64,000 nucleotides of DNA, taken from Dokdonella sp. (GTDB taxonomy: Bacteria; Pseudomonadota; Gammaproteobacteria; Xanthomonadales; Rhodanobacteraceae). Below are positions 10,710 through 19,985 of the stretch, piece after piece; position 1 is the first letter of the stretch; every line of letters begins with the position of its first letter. The notes beneath the pieces were generated by a model. It saw nothing but the letters and a program-made list of their open reading frames with translations, ran no database searches and was not told the origin of the DNA. The position numbers were made by a program, and so were the translations under genes. The DNA lies in contig NZ_JBGAFX010000009.1 of assembly GCF_044227025.1 (NCBI RefSeq), forward strand, positions 7,874-71,873. Direction: 5' to 3'.

Positions 10710-10935
10710 GGCGTCTCCCGGTCGACTGATGCAGGTCAGTCGTGCCGCGACTGTGCGTTCGACTGCTTGAACCACCATGAAATGGGCGTGCGCCCACTTC
10801 AGCTTCCGTTTCGCAACAAACGCCGCTCATCGTCGACGCGGCAGATCGGCGAAAAAAGGATCGCACGGCGGCTTGACCGCCTGACGAGCAGTGGAGGCAA
10901 CGTGTCCGCCGCGCGGGCGCGTCAGCGTCCGCGGG

Positions 10936-11208
10936 TCAGTGCGGCGTCAGCATCATCGCCGCGGTCAGGCGGGATGCCTCGAGCAGGTCGAGCAGGCGAC
11001 GCTCGACCTGCGGCAGGTCGCCGAGCGGCTGCGATGCATACAGCGAATAGATAGGCTTGGCGGTCTCATCGGTGCCGATCGACTGGCGACCGACGCTGAC
11101 GTTCGTGCACTGGCTTGCGCGCTCCCACAACGTGCGCAACGCGGCGGGGCCGATGCTCTCGCCCTTGCCGAGCTTGAAGCGGAAGATGACGACAGGCTGT
11201 TGCTTCAT
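10936..11208 (-). CDS. Small hypothetical protein (90 aa)
   Basis: Trimmed from ORF 10936..11295 to MKQQPVVIFRFKLGKGESIGP.... The composition is protein-like and not Arg/Ala-biased. No family recognised. Confidence 0.45.
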   Translation of the reverse strand: MKQQPVVIFRFKLGKGESIGPAALRTLWERASQCTNVSVGRQSIGTDETAKPIYSLYASQPLGDLPQVERRLLDLLEASRLTAAMMLTPH

Positions 11209-11305
11209 GTACACGGCTCCGCGGAAGGGGTCCAGTATGCGCCCTTTCCGCGAAGGCCGTTCCGCCGCAGGGAGCGCCGCGCGTGCGCGGCGCAATCCGC
11301 CTGCG

Positions 11306-11812
11306 CTACAAAGCCGTGATCGACGTGACCGGATGGATCTCCCAACGCGTGCCGCGCGGATCCTCCGAGTCGGTGTCGGGCTCGTAATACAACCATCCCG
11401 TCACCGCGACCTTCTTGCCGCGCAGGCCCTTCAGCTTGGCCAGGCCGAGGTCCTTGTGATGCGCGCGCGAAGCCCGCGTCACCTCGGCAATCACCCAGCG
11501 CGCGGTGTTCTTCTCCTCGCCCATCGGGGCGAGCACGATGTGCGTGTCGCCATCCTCTTCGTTTTCGACCTGCACGAGCACGCCTTCGAGACGCGCGGCT
11601 TTTTCGCTCGACCACGCGTCCACGGAGGATTTGTCGAGCAATGCCGCCAACGTGGCATGTTCATCGATCTGCGCGGTCGTCGGCGTCGCATGGCGGTTCT
11701 TTGCCGCCATCTCCGACTTGCTCTCACCCTTGTCTTCGTCCGCGAGCGCGATCGATCGGCACAACAACAAACCGATGCCGGCGCAAGCAAGCACCTTGAG
11801 GAAGGAATTCAT
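11306..11812 (-). CDS. Hypothetical lipoprotein or exported protein (168 aa)
   Basis: Trimmed from ORF 11306..12427 to MNSFLKVLACAGIGLLLC, with GGAGGA upstream. The acidic mature part contains EDGDTHIVL...GWLYYEPD...WEIHPV. No confident family call. Confidence 0.65.
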   Translation of the reverse strand: MNSFLKVLACAGIGLLLCRSIALADEDKGESKSEMAAKNRHATPTTAQIDEHATLAALLDKSSVDAWSSEKAARLEGVLVQVENEEDGDTHIVLAPMGEEKNTARWVIAEVTRASRAHHKDLGLAKLKGLRGKKVAVTGWLYYEPDTDSEDPRGTRWEIHPVTSITAL

Positions 11813-11919
11813 GGGCCGCTCCTCCACGTCTGCCGGCGACAGCACATGTGGCGCCCGCCACAGGCTGGCCGGACGTTGGGCAACATAGCGCAATCGGCGC
11901 GGCGGAACCACCGCACCGG

Positions 11920-12414
11920 TCAATCGACGTGCCGCGGATACGGCGTGCCGTCCTTGTGCGTATACACCCACTGCCCGTCCGCGCACGCAAGGGCGAGGTC
12001 GTCGAAAGGATAGACGCATTCGTCGCCGTCGATGCGCGAACCGACTTCCAGCAACACCGCCTCTTCCTCGCCACGGTTCTGCAACTGGTGGGCGACGCCG
12101 CTGCCGGCCTTGAAGCCGGCACACATGCCGGGGCCGAGCACCATCTCGCGCTCGTCGCACACCAGCACGACGCTGCCGCTGAGCACGTAGACGAACTCGT
12201 CTTCGCGCGAGTGATGGTGGCGCACCGCCGAGGTCGAGTGCGGCGCCAACGTCAGGCGATTGACGCCGAACGTGGTGAGGCCGAACACCTCGCCGAGTCG
12301 ACGCTTGCTGCGTCCGCGCACGAGTGTCGCGAACGGCTCGGGGTAGCTGGTCCGGATGGCGGGCTCGGGGACATCGAGTGCGTCGATGGCGAGCGGTGGC
12401 TTGGAATCGGTCAT
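11920..12414 (-). CDS. Cupin-domain protein (164 aa)
   Basis: HHHSREDEFVYVLSGSVVLVCDE...GFKAGSGVAHQLQNRGEEEAVLLEVG matches the two-motif cupin barrel. Confidence 0.8.
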   Translation of the reverse strand: MTDSKPPLAIDALDVPEPAIRTSYPEPFATLVRGRSKRRLGEVFGLTTFGVNRLTLAPHSTSAVRHHHSREDEFVYVLSGSVVLVCDEREMVLGPGMCAGFKAGSGVAHQLQNRGEEEAVLLEVGSRIDGDECVYPFDDLALACADGQWVYTHKDGTPYPRHVD

Positions 12415-12512
12415 GGGGAATTCGCACTCCGCAACTCGGGAATCGCGGCGGAGTCTAGCAAGGCAGCACCGTCATGCGACGCGACGCCCGCGCGCCAGAT
12501 CGAAAGCCTGGA

Positions 12513-14138
12513 TCAGCGCACGCGCTCGTAGTGGCGCACATGCAGGCCTGTATCGGACGGCGCCACCGCGAATTCGACCAGCACGTCGCCGGCGAGGAGG
12601 AGGAAGCGCACGCGCTCGCTGTCGTCCGATTCCGCGTTGGCGCATTGCATCAGTACCTGGCGATAGCGCTTGCGCGGATCGAACGGGGCGACCGCCGCGG
12701 CGTTCGCACCGTCGACGCTGAAACCGCCCGTAGCGCGGCTGTAGAAGTAGCCGAGCGTCGTCAGCTGCGGGCTCTGCCCGGCCGGGGTCAACTGCGGCGT
12801 GTAGGTGAGCCCGCCGCTGTAACGCAACGCGCAGGATTCGACGTCGCGCATCGGCTCGGCGGCGTTCTCCGCATGGATATCGATCCTCGCATTGCCGTCG
12901 CCATCGCGACGAATCCGTGCGCGGCCGCGTGTGGCCGGCATCGGGCCGATCCAGTTGCTCGCCTCCCGCTTGAGATCCCACTCGCCATCCCAGCTCGCGT
13001 CAAGCCGACCGGTCTCGCTCTGCATGCCTTCAGGTACCCATTCGTGATGGCCGAGGCGATGCAGCAGGAACACCGCCCAGCGCGGATCCTGCTTGAGCGT
13101 GCGGTCGATCTCCGCCTCGGCCTGGGCGAGCGTGTCGGCGAGGTCACGCCGGAATTCGGCGACGTCCGGCCCGGAAACGGCGATCTGGATGTTGTTCTGG
13201 TAGATCATCGTCGGGCCGAAACGCCAGTAGTCGGGACCGCTCCACGTCGATGGCGAGCCGCCGTAGTAAAGCTGCCGCCCCCAAGTGAGGTAACCGGGCG
13301 TGAGCGGCTTGCGGTTGAGCCGCAGGTCACCGAACGTCGCAGTCGCCCAGGACGCACTGGTGGTGTAGGGAACGATCGTGAACGCACGCGGCGCATCCTG
13401 CATCACGGCCTGGATGACCGCCCAGCGCCGGAACGCATCGAGCTCCTGCGCGTCGCGCGCAACGTTTCCGCTGGCGCGGATGTCCATGAAGTCGAAACCC
13501 ATCGCGCCATGGCGCAGCGCATCGAGGACGTGCCTCTGGTTCTCGCGCAACGCGCCCTTGCCGTCTGCCTGCTGCTGCCAGTTGACGATACGCCGCGCCG
13601 GATCCGTCGCCGGCACGAAGCCGATCTGTTCGAGGCGCGCGTAGGCGATCGCCTTGCGCGCCGCATCCTCGTCGCAGGTCGATTCGATGCCGCTGCGATC
13701 GAGCACCGGCGTCGTCGCGCACTGGCGCAGGATGACTTCCGCGATCATGTCGCCGTGCTGCATCGCCTTGCGCATTGGAATGAGCCACGCCGCGTTGAAC
13801 GCGGTGCGATAGCGGTCGTACTCGGCGTACGCCGCTTGCGTTGTCGCGATGCAGGCTTTCGATGCCGCTTCCGCGCGCGCGCTCGCCGCGGGGTCCGGCG
13901 GCGCATCGCTGCCGTCGCCCTCGTCGCCTTCCGGGTAGCAGTGATCGGTGTCGTCGTAGGCGAAGTGCGTCTCGGCCTCGGCCACATCGCGGCGCAGCGC
14001 CCACACGTCGATGAGCCCGCGCGCATCCACCACCGCCACGGGCTTGTAGGAACGCGCCGCCGGTTTCGGTACGTCGGCAGGCACCCCGACGGCCGACGCG
14101 CACACGGCGATCGCCGCCATGATCCAGCTCGATTCCAT
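12513..14138 (-). CDS. Large exported hypothetical protein (541 aa)
   Basis: The hydrophobic N-terminus MESSWIMAAIAVCASAVG is signal-like. The aromatic-rich, compositionally ordinary sequence contrasts with the Arg/Ala/Pro-rich overlapping ORFs. No motif I can assign to any family. Confidence 0.6.
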   Translation of the reverse strand: MESSWIMAAIAVCASAVGVPADVPKPAARSYKPVAVVDARGLIDVWALRRDVAEAETHFAYDDTDHCYPEGDEGDGSDAPPDPAASARAEAASKACIATTQAAYAEYDRYRTAFNAAWLIPMRKAMQHGDMIAEVILRQCATTPVLDRSGIESTCDEDAARKAIAYARLEQIGFVPATDPARRIVNWQQQADGKGALRENQRHVLDALRHGAMGFDFMDIRASGNVARDAQELDAFRRWAVIQAVMQDAPRAFTIVPYTTSASWATATFGDLRLNRKPLTPGYLTWGRQLYYGGSPSTWSGPDYWRFGPTMIYQNNIQIAVSGPDVAEFRRDLADTLAQAEAEIDRTLKQDPRWAVFLLHRLGHHEWVPEGMQSETGRLDASWDGEWDLKREASNWIGPMPATRGRARIRRDGDGNARIDIHAENAAEPMRDVESCALRYSGGLTYTPQLTPAGQSPQLTTLGYFYSRATGGFSVDGANAAAVAPFDPRKRYRQVLMQCANAESDDSERVRFLLLAGDVLVEFAVAPSDTGLHVRHYERVR

Positions 14139-14268
14139 GCGCTACTCCGAACAAGGCGACCGCGGTCCCCCAGGCGCCAGCAGCGTGGCGCGCGCGACTG
14201 TCCGCGAGCAGCCGGAATTCTGGCCGGAATCTGGCGCCTGGCGGAGTCCGGAAGGGCGCCAGCCGGCG

Positions 14269-14586
14269 CTATCGTTCCTCGACCGTCTTGGTCGTCTGGT
14301 CGACGACGTAGTGCAAGGTGTCACCGTTGTAGCTGCAGGTGATGTTGAGGCGCGTGTCGGAGACCTGTTCGAATTCCTTGACCCGATCGCACGATTTGCC
14401 GAGCGCGGCGAGCATGTCGCGCATGCCCTTCCTGATTTCGGCTTCGTTCTTCTGCAGCTGCGCCTCGGCTTCCTTCGCGACGGCGTCGGCGTGCTCGAGC
14501 TCTTCGGCGGTCGGCGCCCGATCGCCCCCGGACGAACAAGCGGCGAGTGCCAACGCGAGCGCCGGCATCCAGTACTGCTTCGACAT
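14269..14586 (-). CDS. Small lipoprotein (105 aa)
   Basis: Trimmed to MSKQYWMPALALALAACSSG (lipobox LAAC). GGGGGA lies 7 nt upstream of this ATG. The alternative ATG at 14592 is too close to it. Confidence 0.65.
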   Translation of the reverse strand: MSKQYWMPALALALAACSSGGDRAPTAEELEHADAVAKEAEAQLQKNEAEIRKGMRDMLAALGKSCDRVKEFEQVSDTRLNITCSYNGDTLHYVVDQTTKTVEER

Positions 14587-14714
14587 GGACATTCCCCCAA
14601 AAACGGCGGACCCCACGCCGCCGTGCCGGCGATTGTCATGCCGGCTTGTTGCAGGGTCAAGAACGTGCACGCAAGCGGGCCGCGCGCCGGCTGCCAGTGG
14701 ACGGTTTCACTGCG

Positions 14715-16214
14715 TCACTCCGGCGCCGTTTGCTCCGTTGGCGCTGGCGCATCGTCCGGCCGGGCCGAACCGCTCATGTAGCGACCGAGCGTCGCCGCCG
14801 CATCGGCTGCGCCGAAGTCGTCGCTCCAGTCCTCCATCAGCGCCAACAGCATCAGCTTCTCGAACTCGGCGTCAAAGCGCTGCACAATCGCGTCAGGGTC
14901 CTTCACGCGTTTGTGGTCGCCGATCACGCCGAAATGCACGCGGCCGTTGTAGCTGAGTATCGACAGACCGAGTCCGATCGAGCCGGTCTGCGGTACCCAG
15001 AACATCAGCTCGCGCACCTCGACGCCGGCCATGAACAGCGGCTGCTGCGGACCGGGAACATTGGTTGCGACGGCGGTCGCCTTGCGGCTGAACAACTCGA
15101 GCGCGGGACCCTGCAGCGCGGCGGGCGCCATGCCGAGCGCGGCGAGCAGGCCGAACGCGACGACGGCCTGGCGACGCCCCTTCAGGTCGCGCATCGATGC
15201 GGCGACGCGTTCGAGGCGGCGCAGGGGATTCGGTTCGCCGATCGGCAGGTCGAGGAACACGAGGCCGAAATGATTGCCGAGCTTCTTCGCGTGTTCGAGC
15301 GGGCGCAGGTTCACCGGCACGGTCGCGCGGATGGTCAGGCCGTCGACGTCCTCGCCGGTGTCGCGCAGATAGCCGCGGATCGCACCGGCAGCGCACGCGA
15401 GCAGCACGTCGTTGACCGTGCAGAACAGCGCCTTTCCGAGCGTCTTCACCTCTTCGAGCTGCAATGGTTCGGCCCACGCCACGCGCTTGGCGACGCCCAG
15501 CTCGCCCTTGAGCGCGGTGACGGGATCATCGGCGAGGGTCAGCGCAATCGCGAGTTCACGCGTGATCTCGCTGCCTTCGTGCGCGAACTCCGCGGCGACG
15601 GCCGGATCGGCCATCATCTGGGCGAGCTTGGCCCAGGTTCTTTCGCCGATCGCGACCACCTTGTGCAGGCCGCCCTGCATCGGTTCGAGCAGGCGTTCGA
15701 GCACGCCGCCGCGTTCGCGCTTGAGCCAGGTCTTCGCCAGTTCGGCGCGCGCTTCCGGCTGCGGCGCCGTGTCGGTCAGCGACAGCAGCACCTGCACCAG
15801 GGCGAGGCCGTCGGCGTAACAATGATGGATGCGCGCGACGAGCACGCCGCCGCTTCCCTCCGCCGAGGCGTAGTCCTCGATGACATGGAATTGCCACAGC
15901 GGCCGCGACATGTCGAGCGAGGTCGACGCGAGCTCGCTGACGAACGCTTGCAGCTCGGCCTTGCCCGCCGCGCCGGGCAGGCGCGCGACGCGCACGTGCG
16001 CATCGATGTCGAAGTCCGCATCGGTCTCCCAGCACGCGCTGTTCACCGACATCACGGCCTTCTGGCGAAAACGGCGGAACGCGAGGAACCGTTCGCACAG
16101 CAATGCCTTGATCCGCGAGGAATCGAGCGGTCCGGCGAACATCAGCACGCCGGTGATCATCATGCGGTTGGTCGGCCGCTCCATGCGCAACCAGGCCGTA
16201 TCAACCTTGGCCAT
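14715..16214 (-). CDS. Wax ester synthase / diacylglycerol acyltransferase family protein (499 aa)
   Basis: Only the last 499 codons of the 1020-aa track ORF look like protein. It starts MAKVDTAWLRMERPTN, has the catalytic HHCYADG (HHxxxDG) motif, and has a WS/DGAT C-terminal domain. Confidence 0.88.
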   Translation of the reverse strand: MAKVDTAWLRMERPTNRMMITGVLMFAGPLDSSRIKALLCERFLAFRRFRQKAVMSVNSACWETDADFDIDAHVRVARLPGAAGKAELQAFVSELASTSLDMSRPLWQFHVIEDYASAEGSGGVLVARIHHCYADGLALVQVLLSLTDTAPQPEARAELAKTWLKRERGGVLERLLEPMQGGLHKVVAIGERTWAKLAQMMADPAVAAEFAHEGSEITRELAIALTLADDPVTALKGELGVAKRVAWAEPLQLEEVKTLGKALFCTVNDVLLACAAGAIRGYLRDTGEDVDGLTIRATVPVNLRPLEHAKKLGNHFGLVFLDLPIGEPNPLRRLERVAASMRDLKGRRQAVVAFGLLAALGMAPAALQGPALELFSRKATAVATNVPGPQQPLFMAGVEVRELMFWVPQTGSIGLGLSILSYNGRVHFGVIGDHKRVKDPDAIVQRFDAEFEKLMLLALMEDWSDDFGAADAAATLGRYMSGSARPDDAPAPTEQTAPE

Positions 16215-16529
16215 CGACTCGCGCGCAGCCTGTTCCTGTTCGGGCACCGTCGGTCTCCCCGCAGCGCGGCAGCGTAGGTGCCACCAGGCGCTTCGTGTAG
16301 CATCGGTGGAAGGCGAAAAAAACGCAACGCGGGAACTTGCTCGCAGCGAAACCCTCGACTCCGCGCTTGCGGGCCTGCGCTCGGGGCGAACGGGTTTCAA
16401 ACGGCGATCGACCTGTTTCCTCCGTTCGCGTTGAACGCCGCAAGCGATGGCGAGCGAAGTCGATACGCCCGCGATCCTTCGACTCCGCCGTTCAACCACT
16501 TCCCTTCCGACCAACCAGACCAGGACGAC

Positions 16530-17738
16530 ATGCAGCACGGCGCCGAAATCCTGCTCAGCCTGTTCGCGATCTTCGTCGCGGCACAAGTCGGCGCCGAGAT
16601 TGCGCAGCGCCTGAAACTGCCCGGCGTGGTCGGAGAGATCGTCGCCGGCTGCGCGATCGGGCCTTCCGCGCTCGGACTGGTCCGGCCCGAGCAGATAGCC
16701 GCGGGCACCCCGCTGGACGTGCTGGCCGAGATCGGCGTGGTGCTGCTGCTGTTCGCGGTCGGCCTCGAGACGCGCCTCGACGACCTCAAGAAGGTCGGCA
16801 GGAGTGCATTGCTGGTCGGCGTGCTCGGGGTCGTCGTGCCGTTCGCGCTCGGGGCCCTGTGGGCGCACGGCAACGGCTTCGAATGGACCCGGTCGTTGTT
16901 CGTCGCCGCCGCGTTCGTCGCGACGTCGGCCGGCATCACCGCGCGCGTGCTGCAGGAACTCGGCGTGCTGACCCGCATCGAGGCGCGGGTGATCCTCGGC
17001 GCCGCGGTGATCGACGACATCCTCGCGATGCTGCTGCTCGGCGTGGTCACCTCGCTGCAGGGTGGCGAAGGCATCAACGTGAAGGGCCTCCTGTTCGTGC
17101 TCGCGCAGGCCGTCGGCTTCGTCGTGGTGATCGGCTGGGTCGGCAGCCGCGTGATGCGCCGGCGCGCGCATTGGCTCGACCGACCGATCAATCCGCTGTC
17201 GCCGTTGACGATCGCGCTCGCGATCTGCCTCGGGCTTGCGTATCTGTCGACCGAATTCGGCCTCGCCGCGATCATCGGCGCCTTCCTCGCCGGCATGATC
17301 GCGTCGGAAGTACCGCAGCGCGAGGAGCTCGAACACCAGATGCAGCCGCTGCTCGCGCTGCTGACGCCCTTCTTCTTCGTCGTGACCGGGGCGAAGATCG
17401 ACCTGTCGGTATTCGCGAGCGCGGACGCGCTGTGGATGCTCGCGATCGCGACCCTCATCGCGATCGTGTCCAAGCTCGTCGGCGGTTTCCTCGGCGCGTT
17501 GTCGCTGGGAGCACGCAGCGCCCTGATCGTCGGCGTCGGCATGGTGCCACGCGGCGAAGTCGGCGTCGTCATCGCGAGCCTCGGCCTTGCCGCGGGCGTG
17601 TTCTCCAACCAGACCTATGCGGTCATCGTCGCGATGTCGCTGCTGACCTCCATCGTTACGCCGCCGGTGCTGTCGCTGCTGCTCGCGCGGGACAGGGACG
17701 CTGGCACGCCCCCGCCCGGACCGGCAGCGCGTCTCTAG
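16530..17738 (+). CDS. Cation:proton antiporter (CPA2 / Kef-type membrane domain, 402 aa)
   Basis: Trimmed from ORF 16278..17738 to MQHGAEILLSLFAIFVAAQVGAEIAQRLKLPGVVGEIVAG, the canonical Na_H_Exchanger N-terminus. Polytopic throughout. Confidence 0.88.
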   Translation: MQHGAEILLSLFAIFVAAQVGAEIAQRLKLPGVVGEIVAGCAIGPSALGLVRPEQIAAGTPLDVLAEIGVVLLLFAVGLETRLDDLKKVGRSALLVGVLGVVVPFALGALWAHGNGFEWTRSLFVAAAFVATSAGITARVLQELGVLTRIEARVILGAAVIDDILAMLLLGVVTSLQGGEGINVKGLLFVLAQAVGFVVVIGWVGSRVMRRRAHWLDRPINPLSPLTIALAICLGLAYLSTEFGLAAIIGAFLAGMIASEVPQREELEHQMQPLLALLTPFFFVVTGAKIDLSVFASADALWMLAIATLIAIVSKLVGGFLGALSLGARSALIVGVGMVPRGEVGVVIASLGLAAGVFSNQTYAVIVAMSLLTSIVTPPVLSLLLARDRDAGTPPPGPAARL

Positions 17739-19858
17739 CCGTCGAAGCCATCCGTGAAGATGCGGTCGTCTCGGCATGCATCACCCTGCGCGCCCTGCGC
17801 CATCACGTTGAACGCGGCATGGGCGGGGAACATCGGCGAACCCGCCCCGACTGCCTCGATGTACCAGTGACCAGGCGCACCGGCGAGCCCGGCGCGATAG
17901 CCGACCACGAAGGGGACGTCGTCGAGCACCGTGCCGGCGCTGTAGTTGCCGTCGGCGCGCGTGACCTGCACCGCCACGCACGGATTGTCGTCGAGCAGGG
18001 GATGTTCCAGCCTGACTTCAGTCGCCGCTGCGGCACCAACCTCGGCGACCATCCAGTTCTGGCTCGTGAACAGGTCGGTGACGATGACGTTGAACGAGAC
18101 GCCGATCGCCATGTCGGCGAGGTCCTCGTTGCGGACGTACCAGTGGGCTCCGAAGTACTCGAGGCCGATGCGGTGGTCGTGGTAGGTGCCGCCGATTCCG
18201 CCGGGGTTCCAGTTGTGCGTGACGAACGCAACGGCCTCCGGATGGCCGTTCAACCCGGCATCGTCGAGCATGGTGTAGTTGGCGCTCGAATTGCCGGCTG
18301 TGCTCGTGTGCACGTAGTGAGCACGGCTGTCGATCGGCGCAAACACGTTGAAACCTCGACCGACGCTCAGCGGGGAAGCATTCTCATGGAAGATCGACCA
18401 GTGCGACGGCGAGCCGTCGTCCTCGAATACACCGAGTGTGTTGGCCGACTCCGCGCCCGCCGAAGATGCGCGCACGGGCGTCGCCAGCAGGACGGCATTG
18501 GTCGCCAGCGTCCACATGGGTTCGTCGATCCGGGTGTAGTCGCCGCCTGGAATGGTGTTCGCGGTGGTGGAACGATGCGTGCCGCTGCGATCGACGCTCA
18601 GTTCATAGGCGCCGATGTCGACACCGGCCACCACGCGCGACTCGCCATCCGCATCGAAGCCGTAACCGAACAGCGTTGTCGGCACGTCGGCCGTGTTGCC
18701 GGTGTCCACCGCCGGAGAAGCGAGGCTTGACGGGCGCGGATTGACCAGGCTGGCGAGCAACGGGTCACCGTTCACGGTGCCCGGACCCGGCGTGAAGCTG
18801 TCGCCGCCGTTGCCGTGGACGAGGTTGTAACCGTTGCTCACTGCGCCAGCCAGGCCGCTGTCGATGGCGAGGCCGGTCGCCACATTGAAGGCCACGAGGT
18901 TGTTCGCCACGCGTCCGGAACTCGAATCGGCGCCGAAGCGGCTCACCTCCACGCCGAGAATGTTGCCGACCACGGTGTTGTTGACGAGGCGCAGCGCCGT
19001 GTTCGTCAGCGCGACCATCAGGGATGCTTCACCACCGGCCGGTCCGCGCGCGCCGACGACGACGTTGTCGAGCACGTCCATGGTGTTGGCCGTACTGCCC
19101 GGGTTCCATGCCGCGCGGATGCCCTTCTGGTAGCCGCCGCCATCGATGACGTTGTCGTTGATGGCCATGCTGCCGAAGCCGTTCGCGGAGAGCGCGATCG
19201 CGGTGGCCGGAACGTTGCGAAGATGCACGCGGTTGCGGAACACGTTGATGTGCCATTCGCCCCCGAGGCTGTAAGCGCCGACGCCGCCCGACAAGGTGGT
19301 CGTCGCGCCGCCAAGCTCGATGACGTTGTCGCCGATTGCGACGTGCGCCGGGCCGGTACCCGCGTCGCCCACCTGGATGGCTCCCTCGCCCGTGCTGGTG
19401 CTCGTTTCCTCGAAGCGCAACCGGCTCAGCGTGTAGGAACTGTCGGTGTCGCTGCGATGGGTCACCCTCAGCTGCCCATGGCGCAGGACCAGGTGCTCGA
19501 TGTCGATGTTCACCGCGCCGCTGGTCGGAGAATCGACGTCGATACGGCGTCCCGGCGCGAACACGGCGTCGATTCCGGCGGCACCGGCCAGGGTCAACGA
19601 TTTGGAGATGGAAAGACTTTCGTCCACTGCGGTGTAGCCGTCGGGAAGCAGCAGCTCGTCGTTGCCGATGAGTACGGTATCGCCCGGCGCCGCGGCGTCG
19701 ATGCAGGCCTGCAGGGTCGCCTGGCAGGCGCCGATGCCGCTCAGGTTTGGCCATAGGTAGGTGGTGGCCGCGTGCGCTCGCGGCCCGAAGGCGCCGAACG
19801 CTGCAACGACGAGGGCTGACGCGAGCTTTCGCGCGATGACCTTCGAATGGCTGTTCAT
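17735..19858 (-). CDS. Exported right-handed parallel beta-helix repeat protein with three C-terminal repeats of unknown type (707 aa)
   Basis: Trimmed from ORF 17735..20200 to MNSHSKVIARKLASALVVAAFGAFGPRAHA (signal peptide, AGGAGC upstream). PbH1-like repeats are present (NNTVVGN, NNLVAFN, DNVIDGG). Three repeats of about 85 aa each end in FNV. The C-terminus is ...DRIFTDGFDG. Confidence 0.8.
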   Translation of the reverse strand: MNSHSKVIARKLASALVVAAFGAFGPRAHAATTYLWPNLSGIGACQATLQACIDAAAPGDTVLIGNDELLLPDGYTAVDESLSISKSLTLAGAAGIDAVFAPGRRIDVDSPTSGAVNIDIEHLVLRHGQLRVTHRSDTDSSYTLSRLRFEETSTSTGEGAIQVGDAGTGPAHVAIGDNVIELGGATTTLSGGVGAYSLGGEWHINVFRNRVHLRNVPATAIALSANGFGSMAINDNVIDGGGYQKGIRAAWNPGSTANTMDVLDNVVVGARGPAGGEASLMVALTNTALRLVNNTVVGNILGVEVSRFGADSSSGRVANNLVAFNVATGLAIDSGLAGAVSNGYNLVHGNGGDSFTPGPGTVNGDPLLASLVNPRPSSLASPAVDTGNTADVPTTLFGYGFDADGESRVVAGVDIGAYELSVDRSGTHRSTTANTIPGGDYTRIDEPMWTLATNAVLLATPVRASSAGAESANTLGVFEDDGSPSHWSIFHENASPLSVGRGFNVFAPIDSRAHYVHTSTAGNSSANYTMLDDAGLNGHPEAVAFVTHNWNPGGIGGTYHDHRIGLEYFGAHWYVRNEDLADMAIGVSFNVIVTDLFTSQNWMVAEVGAAAATEVRLEHPLLDDNPCVAVQVTRADGNYSAGTVLDDVPFVVGYRAGLAGAPGHWYIEAVGAGSPMFPAHAAFNVMAQGAQGDACRDDRIFTDGFDG

Positions 19859-19905
19859 GTTTGCTCCTGTTTCGGCACCCGCTGGCGCCGATCTCCTCCA
19901 TACGG

Positions 19906-19922
19906 GGAATCGCGCCGATTCC
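19906..19922. promoter_or_regulatory. Perfect 7-3-7 palindrome GGAATCG-CGC-CGATTCC in the divergent intergenic region
   Basis: Read directly from the sequence. It lies in the 127-bp gap between the beta-helix gene start (19858) and the putative ECF sigma start (19986). It presents GGAAT on both strands. Function not established. Confidence 0.35.
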
Positions 19923-19985
19923 GTGCACGCACCGCCACGGCATGAGTTAGCCTTGCCGTACATCGGCTTCCAGCGCGGATCGGCC

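Noticed and set aside
16215-17777. N-terminal 521 codons of the 1020-aa minus-strand ORF 14715..17777
   Set aside because: Only the last 499 codons look like a WS/DGAT protein. The upstream part is Arg/Asp/Glu/His-rich nonsense lying antisense to the clearly real CPA2 antiporter gene.
16337-18730. 797-aa plus-strand ORF
   Set aside because: It is out of frame with the antiporter and antisense to the beta-helix gene. Arg content is extreme and it has no motifs.
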